In this document: positions 12,801 to 26,700 of the stretch, piece by piece | How positions within the stretch are numbered: the first letter of the stretch is position 1 | Layout: the number at the start of each line of letters is the position of its first letter | Origin: Auanema rhodensis | Lineage: Eukaryota > Animalia > Nematoda | Direction: 5' to 3' | Assembly: GCA_964057225.1 (NCBI GenBank) | Contig: OZ059900.1 | Coordinates: 23,312,001 to 23,376,000, forward strand | Length of the DNA: 64,000 nucleotides | Program-made: the position numbers and the translations under genes | Notes under the pieces: model-generated | What the model was told of the DNA's origin: nothing | What the model saw: the letters and a program-made list of their open reading frames with translations, nothing else | Databases searched by the model: none

Positions 12801-15800
12801 ATTTCTAATGGGAAATACTGTGTTTTTGTATTTTTCTAGTGTTCAGCATGTAAAATGCTTCATTTTAGTATGTAACACGCTGAAATTCGTTGCATTTGAC
12901 GACTCATATGAACAAAAATCGATTTAATCAATATTAGCCATAAGGGGCGTGCCCTCAGAATATGCTAATTTCCTTAATTTTCTAACCCCTGTTTTTTTGT
13001 CGTGAAAGTGGAACTAGACGTTGTACGAACAATTTTGAGCTAGGTTTCATTGACATTGCATGAGTTTGAACACATGAAATCGTAAGTCAAAACCTTGTTT
13101 ACAGCGAAATTTCCAAAAACTGGTTTTCCAGCATAATAAAATATTTCTCATGGGAAATACTGTGTTTTTGTATTTTTCTAGTGTTCAGCATGTAAAATGC
13201 TTCATTTTAGTATGTAACACGCTGAAATTCGTTGCATTTGACGACTCATATGAACAAAAATCGATTTAATCAATATTAGCCATAAGGGGCGTGCCCTCAG
13301 AATATGCTAATTTCCTTAATTTTCTAACCCCTGTTTTTTTGTCGTGAAAGTGGAACTAGACGTTGTACGAACAATTTTGAGCTAGGTTTCATTGACATTG
13401 CATGAGTTTGAACACATGAAATCGTAAGTCAAAACCTTGTTTACAGCGAAATTTCCAAAAACTGGTTTTCCAGCATAATAAAATATTTCTCATGGGAAAT
13501 ACTGTGTTTTTGTATTTTTCTAGTGTTCAGCATGTAAAATGCTTCATTTTAGTATGTAACACGCTGAAATTCGTTGCATTTGACGACTCATATGAACAAA
13601 AATCGATTTAATCAATATTAGCCATAAGGGGCGTGCCCTCAGAATATGCTAATTTCCTTAATTTTCTAACCCCTGTTTTTTTGTCGTGAAAGTGGAACTA
13701 GACGTTGTACGAACAATTTTGAGCTAGGTTTCATTGACATTGCATGAGTTTGAACACATGAAATCGTAAGTCAAAACCTTGTTTACAGCGAAATTTCCAA
13801 AAACTGGTTTTCCAGCATAATAAAATATTTCTCGTGGGAAATACTGTGTTTTTGTATTTTTCTAGTGTTCAGCATGTAAAATGCTTCATTTTAGTATGTA
13901 ACACGCTGAAATTCGTTGCATTTGACGACTCATATGAACAAAAATCGATTTAATCAATATTAGCCATAAGAGGCGTGCCCTCAGAATATGCTAATTTCCT
14001 TAATTTTCTAACCCCTGTTTTTTTGTCGTGAAAGTGGAACTAGACGTTGTACGAACAATTTTGAGCTAGGTTTCATTGACATTGCATGAGTTTGAACACA
14101 TGAAATCGTAAGTCAAAACCTTGTTTACAGCGAAATTTCCAAAAACTGGTTTTCCAGCATAATAAAATATTTCTCGTGGGAAATACTGTGTTTTTGTATT
14201 TTTCTAGTGTTCAGCATGTAAAATGCTTCATTTTAGTATGTAACACGCTGAAATTCGTTGCATTTGACGACTCATATGAACAAAAATCGATTTAATCAAT
14301 ATTAGCCATAAGGGGCGTGCCCTCAGAATATGCTAATTTCCTTAATTTTCTAACCCCTGTTTTTTTGTCGTGAAAGTGGAACTAGACGTTGTACGAACAA
14401 TTTTGAGCTAGGTTTCATTGACATTGCATGAGTTTGAACACATGAAATCGTAAGTCAAAACCTTGTTTACAGCGAAATTTCCAAAAACTGGTTTTCCAGC
14501 ATAATAAAATATTTCTCATGGGAAATACTGTGTTTTTGTATTTTTCTAGTGTTCAGCATGTAAAATGCTTCATTTTAGTATGTAACACGCTGAAATTCGT
14601 TGCATTTGACGACTCATATGAACAAAAATCGATTTAATCAATATTAGCCATAAGGGGCGTGCCCTCAGAATATGCTAATTTCCTTAATTTTCTAACCCCT
14701 GTTTTTTTGTCGTGAAAGTGGAACTAGACGTTGTACGAACAGTTTTGAGCTAGGTTTCATTGACATTGCATGAGTTTGAACACATGAAATCGTAAGTCAA
14801 AACCTTGTTTACAGCGAAATTTCCAAAAACTGGTTTTCCAGCATAATAAAATATTTCTCATGGGAAATACTGTGTTTTTGTATTTTTCTAGTGTTCAGCA
14901 TGTAAAATGCTTCATTTTAGTATGTAACACGCTGAAATTCGTTGCATTTGACGACTCATATGAACAAAAATCGATTTAATCAATATTAGCCATAAGGGGC
15001 GTGCCCTCAGAATATGCTAATTTCCTTAATTTTCTAACCCCTGTTTTTTTGTCGTGAAAGTGGAACTAGACGTTGTACGAACAATTTTGAGCTAGGTTTC
15101 ATTGACATTGCATGAGTTTGAACACATGAAATCGTAAGTCAAAACCTTGTTTACAGCGAAATTTCCAAAAACTGGTTTTCCAGCATAATAAAATATTTCT
15201 CATGGGAAATACTGTGTTTTTGTAATTTTCTAGTGTTCAGCATGTAAAATGCTTCATTTTAGTATGTAACACGCTGAAATTCGTTGCATTTGACGACTCA
15301 TATGAACAAAAATCGATTTAATCAATATTAGCCATAAGGGGCGTGCCCTCAGAATATGCTAATTTCCTTAATTTTCTAACCCCTGTTTTTTTGTCGTGAA
15401 AGTGGAACTAGACGTTGTACGAACAATTTTGAGCTAGGTTTCATTGACATTGCATGAGTTTGAACACATGAAATCGTAAGTCAAAACCTTGTTTACAGCG
15501 AAATTTCCAAAAACTGGTTTTCCAGCATAATAAAATATTTCTCGTGGGAAATACTGTGTTTTTGTATTTTTCTAGTGTTCAGCATGTAAAATGCTTCATT
15601 TTAGTATGTAACACGCTGAAATTCGTTGCATTTGACGACTCATATGAACAAAAATCGATTTAATCAATATTAGCCATAAGGGGCGTGCCCTCAGAATATG
15701 CTAATTTCCTTAATTTTCTAACCCCTGTTTTTTTGTCGTGAAAGTGGAACTAGACGTTGTACGAACAATTTTGAGCTAGGTTTCATTGACATTGCATGAG

Positions 15801-18800
15801 TTTGAACACATGAAATCGTAAGTCAAAACCTTGTTTACAGCGAAATTTCCAAAAACTGGTTTTCCAGCATAATAAAATATTTCTCATGGGAAATACTGTG
15901 TTTTTGTATTTTTCTAGTGTTCAGCATGTAAAATGCTTCATTTTAGTATGTAACACGCTGAAATTCGTTACATTTGACGACTCATATGAACAAAAATCGA
16001 TTTAATCAATATTAGCCATAAGGGGCGTGCCCTCAGAATATGCTAATTTCCTTAATTTTCTAACCCCTGTTTTTTTGTTGTGAAAGTGGAACTAGACGTT
16101 GTACGAACAATTTTGAACTAGGTTTCATTGACATTGCATGAGTTTGAACACATGAAATCGTAAGTCAAAACCTTGTTTACAGCGAAATTTCCAAAAACTG
16201 GTTTTCCAGCATAATAAAATATTTCTCGTGGGAAATACTGTGTTTTTGTATTTTTCTAGTGTTCAGCATGTAAAATGGTTCATTTTAGTATGTAACACGC
16301 TGAAATTCGTTGCATTTGACGACTCATATGAACAAAAATCGATTTAATCAATATTAGCCATAAGAGGCGTGCCCTCAGAATATGCTTATTTCCTTAATTT
16401 TCTAACCCCTGTTTTTTTGTCGTGAAAGTCGAACTAGACGTTGTACGAACAATTTTGAGCTAGGTTTCATTGACATTGCATGAGTTTGAACACATGAAAT
16501 CGTAAGTCAAAACCTTGTTTACAGCGAAATTTCCAAAAACTGGTTTTCCAGCATAATAAAATATTTCTCATGGGAAATACTGTGTTTTTATATTTTTCTA
16601 GTGTTCAGCATGTAAAATGCTTCATTTTAGTATGTAACACGCTGAAATTCGTTGCATTTGACGACTCATATGAACAAAAATCGATTTAATCAATATTAGC
16701 CATAAGGGGCGTGCCCTCAGAATATGCTAATTTCCTTAATTTTCTAACCCCTGTTTTTTTGTCGTGAAAGTGGAACTAGACGTTGTACGAACAATTTTGA
16801 GCTAGGTTTCATTGACATTGCATGAGTTTGAACACATGAAATCGTAAGTCAAAACCTTGTTTACAGCGAAATTTCCAAAAACTGGTTTTCCAGCATAATA
16901 AAATATTTCTCATGGGAAATACTGTGTTTTTGTATTTTTCTAGTGTTCAGCATGTAAAATGGTTCATTTTAGTATGTAACACGCTGAAATTCGTTGCATT
17001 TGACGACTCATATGAACAAAAATCGATTTAATCAATATTAGCCATAAGGGGCGTGCCCTCAGAATATGCTAATTTCCTTAATTTTCTAACCCCTGTTTTT
17101 TTGTTGTGAAAGTGGAACTAGACGTTGTACGAACAATTTTGAACTAGGTTTCATTGACATTGCATGAGTTTGAACACATGAAATCGTAAGTCAAAACCTT
17201 GTTTACAGCGAAATTTCCAAAAACTGGTTTTCCAGCATAATAAAATATTTCTCGTGGGAAATACTGTGTTTTTGTATTTTTCTAGTGTTCAGCATGTAAA
17301 ATGGTTCATTTTAGTATGTAACACGCTGAAATTCGTTGCATTTGACGACTCATATGAACAAAAATCGATTTAATCAATATTAGCCATAAGAGGCGTGCCC
17401 TCAGAATATGCTTATTTCCTTAATTTTCTAACCCCTGTTTTTTTGTCGTGAAAGTCGAACTAGACGTTGTACGAACAATTTTGAGCTAGGTTTCATTGAC
17501 ATTGCATGAGTTTGAACACATGAAATCGTAAGTCAAAACCTTGTTTACAGCGAAATTTCCAAAAACTGGTTTTCCAGCATAATAAAATATTTCTCGTGGG
17601 AAATACTGTGTTTTTGTATTTTTCTAGTGTTCAGCATGTAAAATGCTTCATTTTAGTATGTAACACGCTGAAATTCGTTGCATTTGACGACTCATATGAA
17701 CAAAAATCGATTTAATCAATATTAGCCATAAGGGGCGTGCCCTCAGAATATGCTAATTTCCTTAATTTTCTAACCCCTGTTTTTTTGTCGTGAAAGTGGA
17801 ACTAGACGTTGTACGAACAATTTTGAGCTAGGTTTCATTGACATTGCATGAGTTTGAACACATGAAATCGTAAGTCAAAACCTTGTTTACAGCGAAATTT
17901 CCAAAAACTGGTTTTCCAGCATAATAAAATATTTCTCATGGGAAATACTGTGTTTTTGTATTTTTCTAGTGTTGAGCATGTAAAATGCTTCATTTTAGTA
18001 TGTAACACGCTGAAATTCGTTGCATTTGACGACTCATATGAACAAAAATCGATTTAATCAATATTAGCCATAAGGGGCGTGCCCTCAGAATATGCTAATT
18101 TCCTTAATTTTCTAACCCCTGTTTTTTTGTCGTGAAAGTGGAACTAGACGTTGTACGAACAATTTTGAGCTAGGTTTCATTGACATTGCATGAGTTTGAA
18201 CACATGAAATCGTAAGTCAAAACCTTGTTTACAGCGAAATTTCCAAAAACTGGTTTTCCAGCATAATAAAATATTTCTCATGGGAAATACTGTGTTTTTA
18301 TATTTTTCTAGTGTTCAGCATGTAAAATGCTTCATTTTAGTATGTAACACGCTGAAATTCGTTGCATTTGACGACTCATATGAACAAAAATCGATTTAAT
18401 CAATATTAGCCATAAGGGGCGTGCCCTCAGAATATGCTAATTTCCTTAATTTTCTAACCCCTGTTTTTTTGTCGTGAAAGTGGAACTAGACGTTGTACGA
18501 ACAATTTTGAGCTAGGTTTCATTGACATTGCATGAGTTTGAACACATGAAATCGTAAGTCAAAACCTTGTTTACAGCGAAATTTCCAAAAACTGGTTTTC
18601 CAGCATAATAAAATATTTCTCATGGGAAATACTGTGTTTTTGTATTTTTCTAGTGTTCAGCATGTAAAATGCTTCATTTTAGTATGTAACACGCTGAAAT
18701 TCGTTGCATTTGACGACTCATATGAACAAAAATCGATTTAATCAATATTAGCCATAAGGGGCGTGCCCTCAGAATATGCTAATTTCCTTAATTTTCTAAC

Positions 18801-21800
18801 CCCTGTTTTTTTGTCGTGAAAGTGGAACTAGACGTTGTACGAATAATTTTGAGCTAGGTTTCATTGACATTGCATGAGTTTGAACACATGAAATCGTAAG
18901 TCAAAACCTTGTTTACAGCGAAATTTCCAAAAACTGGTTTTCCAGCATAATAAAATATTTCTCATGGGAAATACTGTGTTTTTGTATTTTTCTAGTGTTC
19001 AGCATGTAAAATGCTTCATTTTAGTATGTAACACGCTGAAATTCGTTGCATTTGACGACTCATATGAACAAAAATCGATTTAATCAATATTAGCCATAAG
19101 GGGCGTGCCCTCAGAATATGCTAATTTCCTTAATTTTCTAACCCCTGTTTTTTTGTCGTGAAAGTGGAACTAGACGTTGTACGAACAATTTTGAGCTAGG
19201 TTTCATTGACATTGCATGAGTTTGAACACATGAAATCGTAAGTCAAAACCTTGTTTACAGCGAAATTTCCAAAAACTGGTTTTCCAGCATAATAAAATAT
19301 TTCTCATGGGAAATACTGTGTTTTTGTATTTTTCTAGTGTTCAGCATGTAAAATGCTTCATTTTAGTATGTAACACGCTGAAATTCGTTGCATTTGACGA
19401 CTCATATGAACAAAAATCGATTTAATCAATATTAGCCATAAGGGGCGTGCCCTCAGAATATGCTAATTTCCTTAATTTTCTAACCCCTGTTTTTTTGTCG
19501 TGAAAGTGGAACTAGACGTTGTACGAACAATTTTGAGCTAGGTTTCATTGACATTGCATGAGTTTGAACACATGAAATCGTAAGTCAAAACCTTGTTTAC
19601 AGCGAAATTTCCAAAAACTGGTTTTCCAGCATAATAAAATATTTCTCATGGGAAATACTGTGTTTTTGTATTTTTCTAGTGTTCAGCATGTAAAATGCTT
19701 CATTTAAGTATGTAACACGCTGAAATTCGTTGCATTTGACGACTCATATGAACAAAAATCGATTTAATCAATATTAGCCATAAGGGGCGTGCCCTCAGAA
19801 TATGCTAATTTCCTTAATTTTCTAACCCCTGTTTTTTTGTCGTGAAAGTGGAACTAGACGTTGTACGAACAATTTTGAGCTAGGTTTCATTGACATTGCA
19901 TGAGTTTGAACACATGAAATCGTAAGTCAAAACCTTGTTTACAGCGAAATTTCCAAAAACTGGTTTTCCAGCATAATAAAATATTTCTCATGGGAAATAC
20001 TGTGTTTTTATATTTTTCTAGTGTTCAGCATGTAAAATGCTTCATTTTAGTATGTAACACGCTGAAATTCGTTGCATTTGACGACTCATATGAACAAAAA
20101 TCGATTTAATCAATATTAGCCATAAGGGGCGTGCCCTCAGAATATGCTAATTTCCTTAATTTTCTAACCCCTGTTTTTTTGTCGTGAAAGTGGAACTAGA
20201 CGTTGTACGAACAATTTTGAACTAGGTTTCATTGACATTGCATGAGTTTGAACACATGAAATCGTAAGTCAAAACCTTGTTTACAGCGAAATTTCCAAAA
20301 ACTGGTTTTCCAGCATAATAAAATATTTCTAATGGGAAATACTGTGTTTTTGTATTTTTCTAGTGTTCAGCATGTAAAATGCTTCATTTTAGTATGTAAC
20401 ACGCTGAAATTCGTTGCATTTGACGACTCATATGAACAAAAATCGATTTAATCAATATTAGCCATAAGGGGCGTGCCCTCAGAATATGCTAATTTCCTTA
20501 ATTTTCTAACCCCTGTTTTTTTGTCGTGAAAGTGGAACTAGACGTTGTACGAACAATTTTGAGCTAGGTTTCATTGACATTGCATGAGTTTGAACACATG
20601 AAATCGTAAGTCAAAACCTTGTTTACAGCGAAATTTCCAAAAACTGGTTTTCCAGCATAATAAAATATTTCTCATGGGAAATACTGTGTTTTTGTATTTT
20701 TCTAGTGTTCAGCATGTAAAATGCTTCATTTTAGTATGTAACACGCTGAAATTCGTTGCATTTGACGACTCATATGAACAAAAATCGATTTAATCAATAT
20801 TAGCCATAAGGGGCGTGCCCTCAGAATATGCTAATTTCCTTAATTTTCTAACCCCTGTTTTTTTGTCGTGAAAGTGGAACTAGACGTTGTACGAACAATT
20901 TTGAGCTAGGTTTCATTGACATTGCATGAGTTTGAACACATGAAATCGTAAGTCAAAACCTTGTTTACAGCGAAATTTCCAAAAACTGGTTTTCCAGCAT
21001 AATAAAATATTTCTCATGGGAAATACTGTGTTTTTGTATTTTTCTAGTGTTCAGCATGTAAAATGCTTCATTTTAGTATGTAACACGCTGAAATTCGTTG
21101 CATTTGACGACTCATATGAACAAAAATCGATTTAATCAATATTAGCCATAAGGGGCGTGCCCTCAGAATATGCTAATTTCCTTAATTTTCTAACCCCTGT
21201 TTTTTTGTCGTGAAAGTGGAACTAGACGTTGTACGAACAATTTTGAGCTAGGTTTCATTGACATTGCATGAGTTTGAACACATGAAATCGTAAGTCAAAA
21301 CCTTGTTTACAGCGAAATTTCCAAAAACTGGTTTTCCAGCATAATAAAATATTTCTCGTGGGAAATACTGTGTTTTTGTATTTTTCTAGTGTTCAGCATG
21401 TAAAATGCTTCATTTTAGTATGTAACACGCTGAAATTCGTTGCATTTGACGACTCATATGAACAAAAATCGATTTAATCAATATTAGCCATAAGAGGCGT
21501 GCCCTCAGAATATGCTAATTTCCTTAATTTTCTAACCCCTGTTTTTTTGTCGTGAAAGTGGAACTAGACGTTGTACGAACAATTTTGAGCTAGGTTTCAT
21601 TGACATTGCATGAGTTTGAACACATGAAATCGTAAGTCAAAACCTTGTTTACAGCGAAATTTCCAAAAACTGGTTTTCCAGCATAATAAAATATTTCTCG
21701 TGGGAAATACTGTGTTTTTGTATTTTTCTAGTGTTCAGCATGTAAAATGCTTCATTTTAGTATGTAACACGCTGAAATTCGTTGCATTTGACGACTCATA

Positions 21801-23200
21801 TGAACAAAAATCGATTTAATCAATATTAGCCATAAGGGGCGTGCCCTCAGAATATGCTAATTTCCTTAATTTTCTAACCCCTGTTTTTTTGTCGTGAAAG
21901 TGGAACTAGACGTTGTACGAACAATTTTGAGCTAGGTTTCATTGACATTGCATGAGTTTGAACACATGAAATCGTAAGTCAAAACCTTGTTTACAGCGAA
22001 ATTTCCAAAAACTGGTTTTCCAGCATAATAAAATATTTCTCATGGGAAATACTGTGTTTTTGTATTTTTCTAGTGTTCAGCATGTAAAATGCTTCATTTT
22101 AGTATGTAACACGCTGAAATTCGTTGCATTTGACGACTCATATGAACAAAAATCGATTTAATCAATATTAGCCATAAGGGGCGTGCCCTCAGAATATGCT
22201 AATTTCCTTAATTTTCTAACCCCTGTTTTTTTGTCGTGAAAGTGGAACTAGACGTTGTACGAACAGTTTTGAGCTAGGTTTCATTGACATTGCATGAGTT
22301 TGAACACATGAAATCGTAAGTCAAAACCTTGTTTACAGCGAAATTTCCAAAAACTGGTTTTCCAGCATAATAAAATATTTCTCATGGGAAATACTGTGTT
22401 TTTGTATTTTTCTAGTGTTCAGCATGTAAAATGCTTCATTTTAGTATGTAACACGCTGAAATTCGTTGCATTTGACGACTCATATGAACAAAAATCGATT
22501 TAATCAATATTAGCCATAAGGGGCGTGCCCTCAGAATATGCTAATTTCCTTAATTTTCTAACCCCTGTTTTTTTGTCGTGAAAGTGGAACTAGACGTTGT
22601 ACGAACAATTTTGAGCTAGGTTTCATTGACATTGCATGAGTTTGAACACATGAAATCGTAAGTCAAAACCTTGTTTACAGCGAAATTTCCAAAAACTGGT
22701 TTTCCAGCATAATAAAATATTTCTCATGGGAAATACTGTGTTTTTGTAATTTTCTAGTGTTCAGCATGTAAAATGCTTCATTTTAGTATGTAACACGCTG
22801 AAATTCGTTGCATTTGACGACTCATATGAACAAAAATCGATTTAATCAATATTAGCCATAAGGGGCGTGCCCTCAGAATATGCTAATTTCCTTAATTTTC
22901 TAACCCCTGTTTTTTTGTCGTGAAAGTGGAACTAGACGTTGTACGAACAATTTTGAGCTAGGTTTCATTGACATTGCATGAGTTTGAACACATGAAATCG
23001 TAAGTCAAAACCTTGTTTACAGCGAAATTTCCAAAAACTGGTTTTCCAGCATAATAAAATATTTCTCGTGGGAAATACTGTGTTTTTGTATTTTTCTAGT
23101 GTTCAGCATGTAAAATGCTTCATTTTAGTATGTAACACGCTGAAATTCGTTGCATTTGACGACTCATATGAACAAAAATCGATTTAATCAATATTAGCCA
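6900..23200 (-). repeat. Tandem duplication of a 22-monomer unit; first copy expanded to 26 monomers by an internal 4-mer duplication (ends approximate)
   Basis: Markers at offset 8892 (26x342): 7078/15970, 9082/17974, 9408/18300, 9952/18844. Markers at offset 7524 (22x342): 12182/19706, 15225/22749, 15544/23068. Internal offset 1368: 9408/10776, 9952/11320. Confidence 0.9.
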
Positions 23201-23649
23201 TAAGGGGCGTGCCCTCTGAATATGCTAATTTCCTTAATTTTCTAACCCCTGTTTTTTTGTCGTGAAAGTGGAACTAGACGTTGTACGAACAATTTTGAGC
23301 TAGGTTTCATTGACATTGCATGAGTTTGAACACATGAAATCGTAAGTCAAAACCTTGTTTACAGCGAAATTTCCAAAAACTGGTTTTCCAGCATAATAAA
23401 ATATTTCTCATGGGAAATACTGTGTTTTTGTATTTTTCTAGTGTTCAGCATGTAAAATGCTTCATTTTAGTATGTAACACGCTGAAATTCGTTGCATTTG
23501 ACGACTCATATGAACAAAAATCGATTTAATCAATATTAGCCATAAGGGGCGTGCCCTCAGAATATGCTAATTTCCTTTATTTTCTAACCCCTGTTTTTTT
23601 GTCGTGAAAGTGGAACTAGACGTTGTACGAACAATTTTGAGCTAGGTTT

Positions 23650-26600
23650 CATTGACATTGCATGAGTTTGAACACATGAAATCGTAAGTCAAAACCTTGT
23701 TTACAGCGAAATTTCCAAAAACTGGTTTTCCAGCATAATAAAATATTTCTCATGGGAAATACAGTGTTTTTGTATTTTTCTAGTGTTCAGCATGTAAAAT
23801 GCTTCATTTAAGTATGTAACACGCTGAAATTCGTTGCATTTGACGACTCATATGAACAAAAATCGATTTAATCAATATTAGCCATAAGGGGCGTGCCCTC
23901 AGAATATGCTAATTTCCTTAATTTTCTAACCCCTGTTTTTTTGTCGTGAAAGTGGAACTAGACGTTGTACGAACAGTTTTGAGCTAGGTTTCATTGACAT
24001 TGCATGAGTTTGAACACATGAAATCGTAAGTCAAAACCTTGTTTACAGCGAAATTTCCAAAAACTGGTTTTCCAGCATAATAAAATATTTCTCATGGGAA
24101 ATACTGTGTTTTTGTATTTTTCTAGTGTTCAGCATGTAAAATGCTTCATTTTAGTATGTAACACGCTGAAATTCGTTGCATTTGACGACTCATATGAACA
24201 AAAATCGATTTAATCAATATTAGCCATAAGGGGCGTGCCCTCAGAATATGCTAATTTCCTTAATTTTCTAACCCCTGTTTTTTTTGTCGTGAAAGTGGAA
24301 CTAGACGTTGTACGAACAATTTTGAGCTAGGTTTCATTGACATTGCATGAGTTTGAACACATGAAATCGTAAGTCAAAGCCTTGTTTACAGCGAAATTTC
24401 CAAAAACTGGTTTTCCAGCATAATAAAATATTTCTCATGGGAAATACTGTGTTTTTGTATTTTTCTGGTGTTCAGCATGTAAAATGCTTCATTTTAGTAT
24501 GTAACACGCTGAAATTCGTTGCATTTGACGACTCATATGAACAAAAATCGATTTAATCAATATTAGCCATAAGGGGCGTGCCCTCAGAATATGCTAATTT
24601 CCTTAATTTTCTAACCCCTGTTTTTTTGTCGTGAAAGTGGAACTAGACGTTGTACGAACAATTTTGAGCTAGGTTTCATTGACATTGCATGAGTTTGAAC
24701 ACATGAAATCGTAAGTCAAAACCTTGTTTACAGCGAAATTTCCAAAAACTGGTTTTCCAGCATAATAAAATATTTCTCATGGGAAATACAGTGTTTTTGT
24801 ATTTTTCTAGTGTTCAGCATGTAAAATGCTTCATTTTAGTATGTAACACGCTGAAATTCGTTGCATTTGACGACTCATATGAACAAAAATCGATTTAATC
24901 AATATTAGCCATAAGGGGCGTGCCCTCAGAATATGCTAATTTCCTTAATTTTCTAACCCCTGTTTTTTTGTCGTGAAAGTGGAACTAGACGTTGTACGAA
25001 CAGTTTTGAGCTAGGTTTCATTGACATTGCATGAGTTTGAACACATGAAATCGTAAGTCAAAACCTTGTTTACAGCGAAATTTCCAAAAACTGGTTTTCC
25101 AGCATAATAAAATATTTCTCATGGGAAATACTGTGTTTTTGTATTTTTCTAGTGTTCAGCATGTAAAATGCTTCATTTTAGTATGTAACACGCTGAAATT
25201 CGTTGCATTTGACGACTCATATGAACAAAAATCGATTTAATCAATATTAGCCATAAGGGGCGTGCCCTCAGAATATGCTAATTTCCTTAATTTTCTAACC
25301 CCTGTTTTTTTTGTCGTGAAAGTGGAACTAGACGTTGTACGAACAATTTTGAGCTAGGTTTCATTGACATTGCATGAGTTTGAACACATGAAATCGTAAG
25401 TCAAAGCCTTGTTTACAGCGAAATTTCCAAAAACTGGTTTTCCAGCATAATAAAATATTTCTCATGGGAAATACTGTGTTTTTGTATTTTTCTGGTGTTC
25501 AGCATGTAAAATGCTTCATTTTAGTATGTAACACGCTGAAATTCGTTGCATTTGACGACTCATATGAACAAAAATCGATTTAATCAATATTAGCCATAAG
25601 GGGCGTGCCCTCAGAATATGCTAATTTCCTTAATTTTCTAACCCCTGTTTTTTTGTCGTGAAAGTGGAACTAGACGTTGTACGAACAATTTTGAGCTAGG
25701 TTTCATTGACATTGCATGAGTTTGAACACATGAAATCGTAAGTCAAAACCTTGTTTACAGCGAAATTTCCAAAAACTGGTTTTCCAGCATAATAAAATAT
25801 TTCTCATGGGAAATACAGTGTTTTTGTATTTTTCTAGTGTTCAGCATGTAAAATGCTTCATTTTAGTATGTAACACGCTGAAATTCGTTGCATTTGACGA
25901 CTCATATGAACAAAAATCGATTTAATCAATATTAGCCATAAGGGGCGTGCCCTCAGAATATGCTAATTTCCTTAATTTTCTAACCCCTGTTTTTTTGTCG
26001 TGAAAGTGGAACTAGACGTTGTACGAACAGTTTTGAGCTAGGTTTCATTGACATTGCATGAGTTTGAACACATGAAATCGTAAGTCAAAACCTTGTTTAC
26101 AGCGAAATTTCCAAAAACTGGTTTTCCAGCATAATAAAATATTTCTCATGGGAAATACTGTGTTTTTGTATTTTTCTAGTGTTCAGCATGTAAAATGCTT
26201 CATTTTAGTATGTAACACGCTGAAATTCGTTGCATTTGACGACTCATATGAACAAAAATCGATTTAATCAATATTAGCCATAAGGGGCGTGCCCTCAGAA
26301 TATGCTAATTTCCTTAATTTTCTAACCCCTGTTTTTTTTGTCGTGAAAGTGGAACTAGACGTTGTACGAACAATTTTGAGCTAGGTTTCATTGACATTGC
26401 ATGAGTTTGAACACATGAAATCGTAAGTCAAAGCCTTGTTTACAGCGAAATTTCCAAAAACTGGTTTTCCAGCATAATAAAATATTTCTCATGGGAAATA
26501 CTGTGTTTTTGTATTTTTCTGGTGTTCAGCATGTAAAATGCTTCATTTTAGTATGTAACACGCTGAAATTCGTTGCATTTGACGACTCATATGAACAAAA

Positions 26601-26700
26601 ATCGATTTAATCAATATTAGCCATAAGGGGCGTGCCCTCAGAATATGCTAATTTCCTTAATTTTCTAACCCCTGTTTTTTTGTCGTGAAAGTGGAACTAG
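23650..26700 (-). repeat. 1027-bp trimer higher-order repeat, three tandem copies (a fourth follows after one extra monomer)
   Basis: ATACAGTG at 23763, 24790, 25817 (then 27186). ACAGTTTT at 23976, 25003, 26030. CAAAGCC at 24379, 25406, 26433. Each unit has one T8 tract (342+343+342 bp). Confidence 0.92.
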
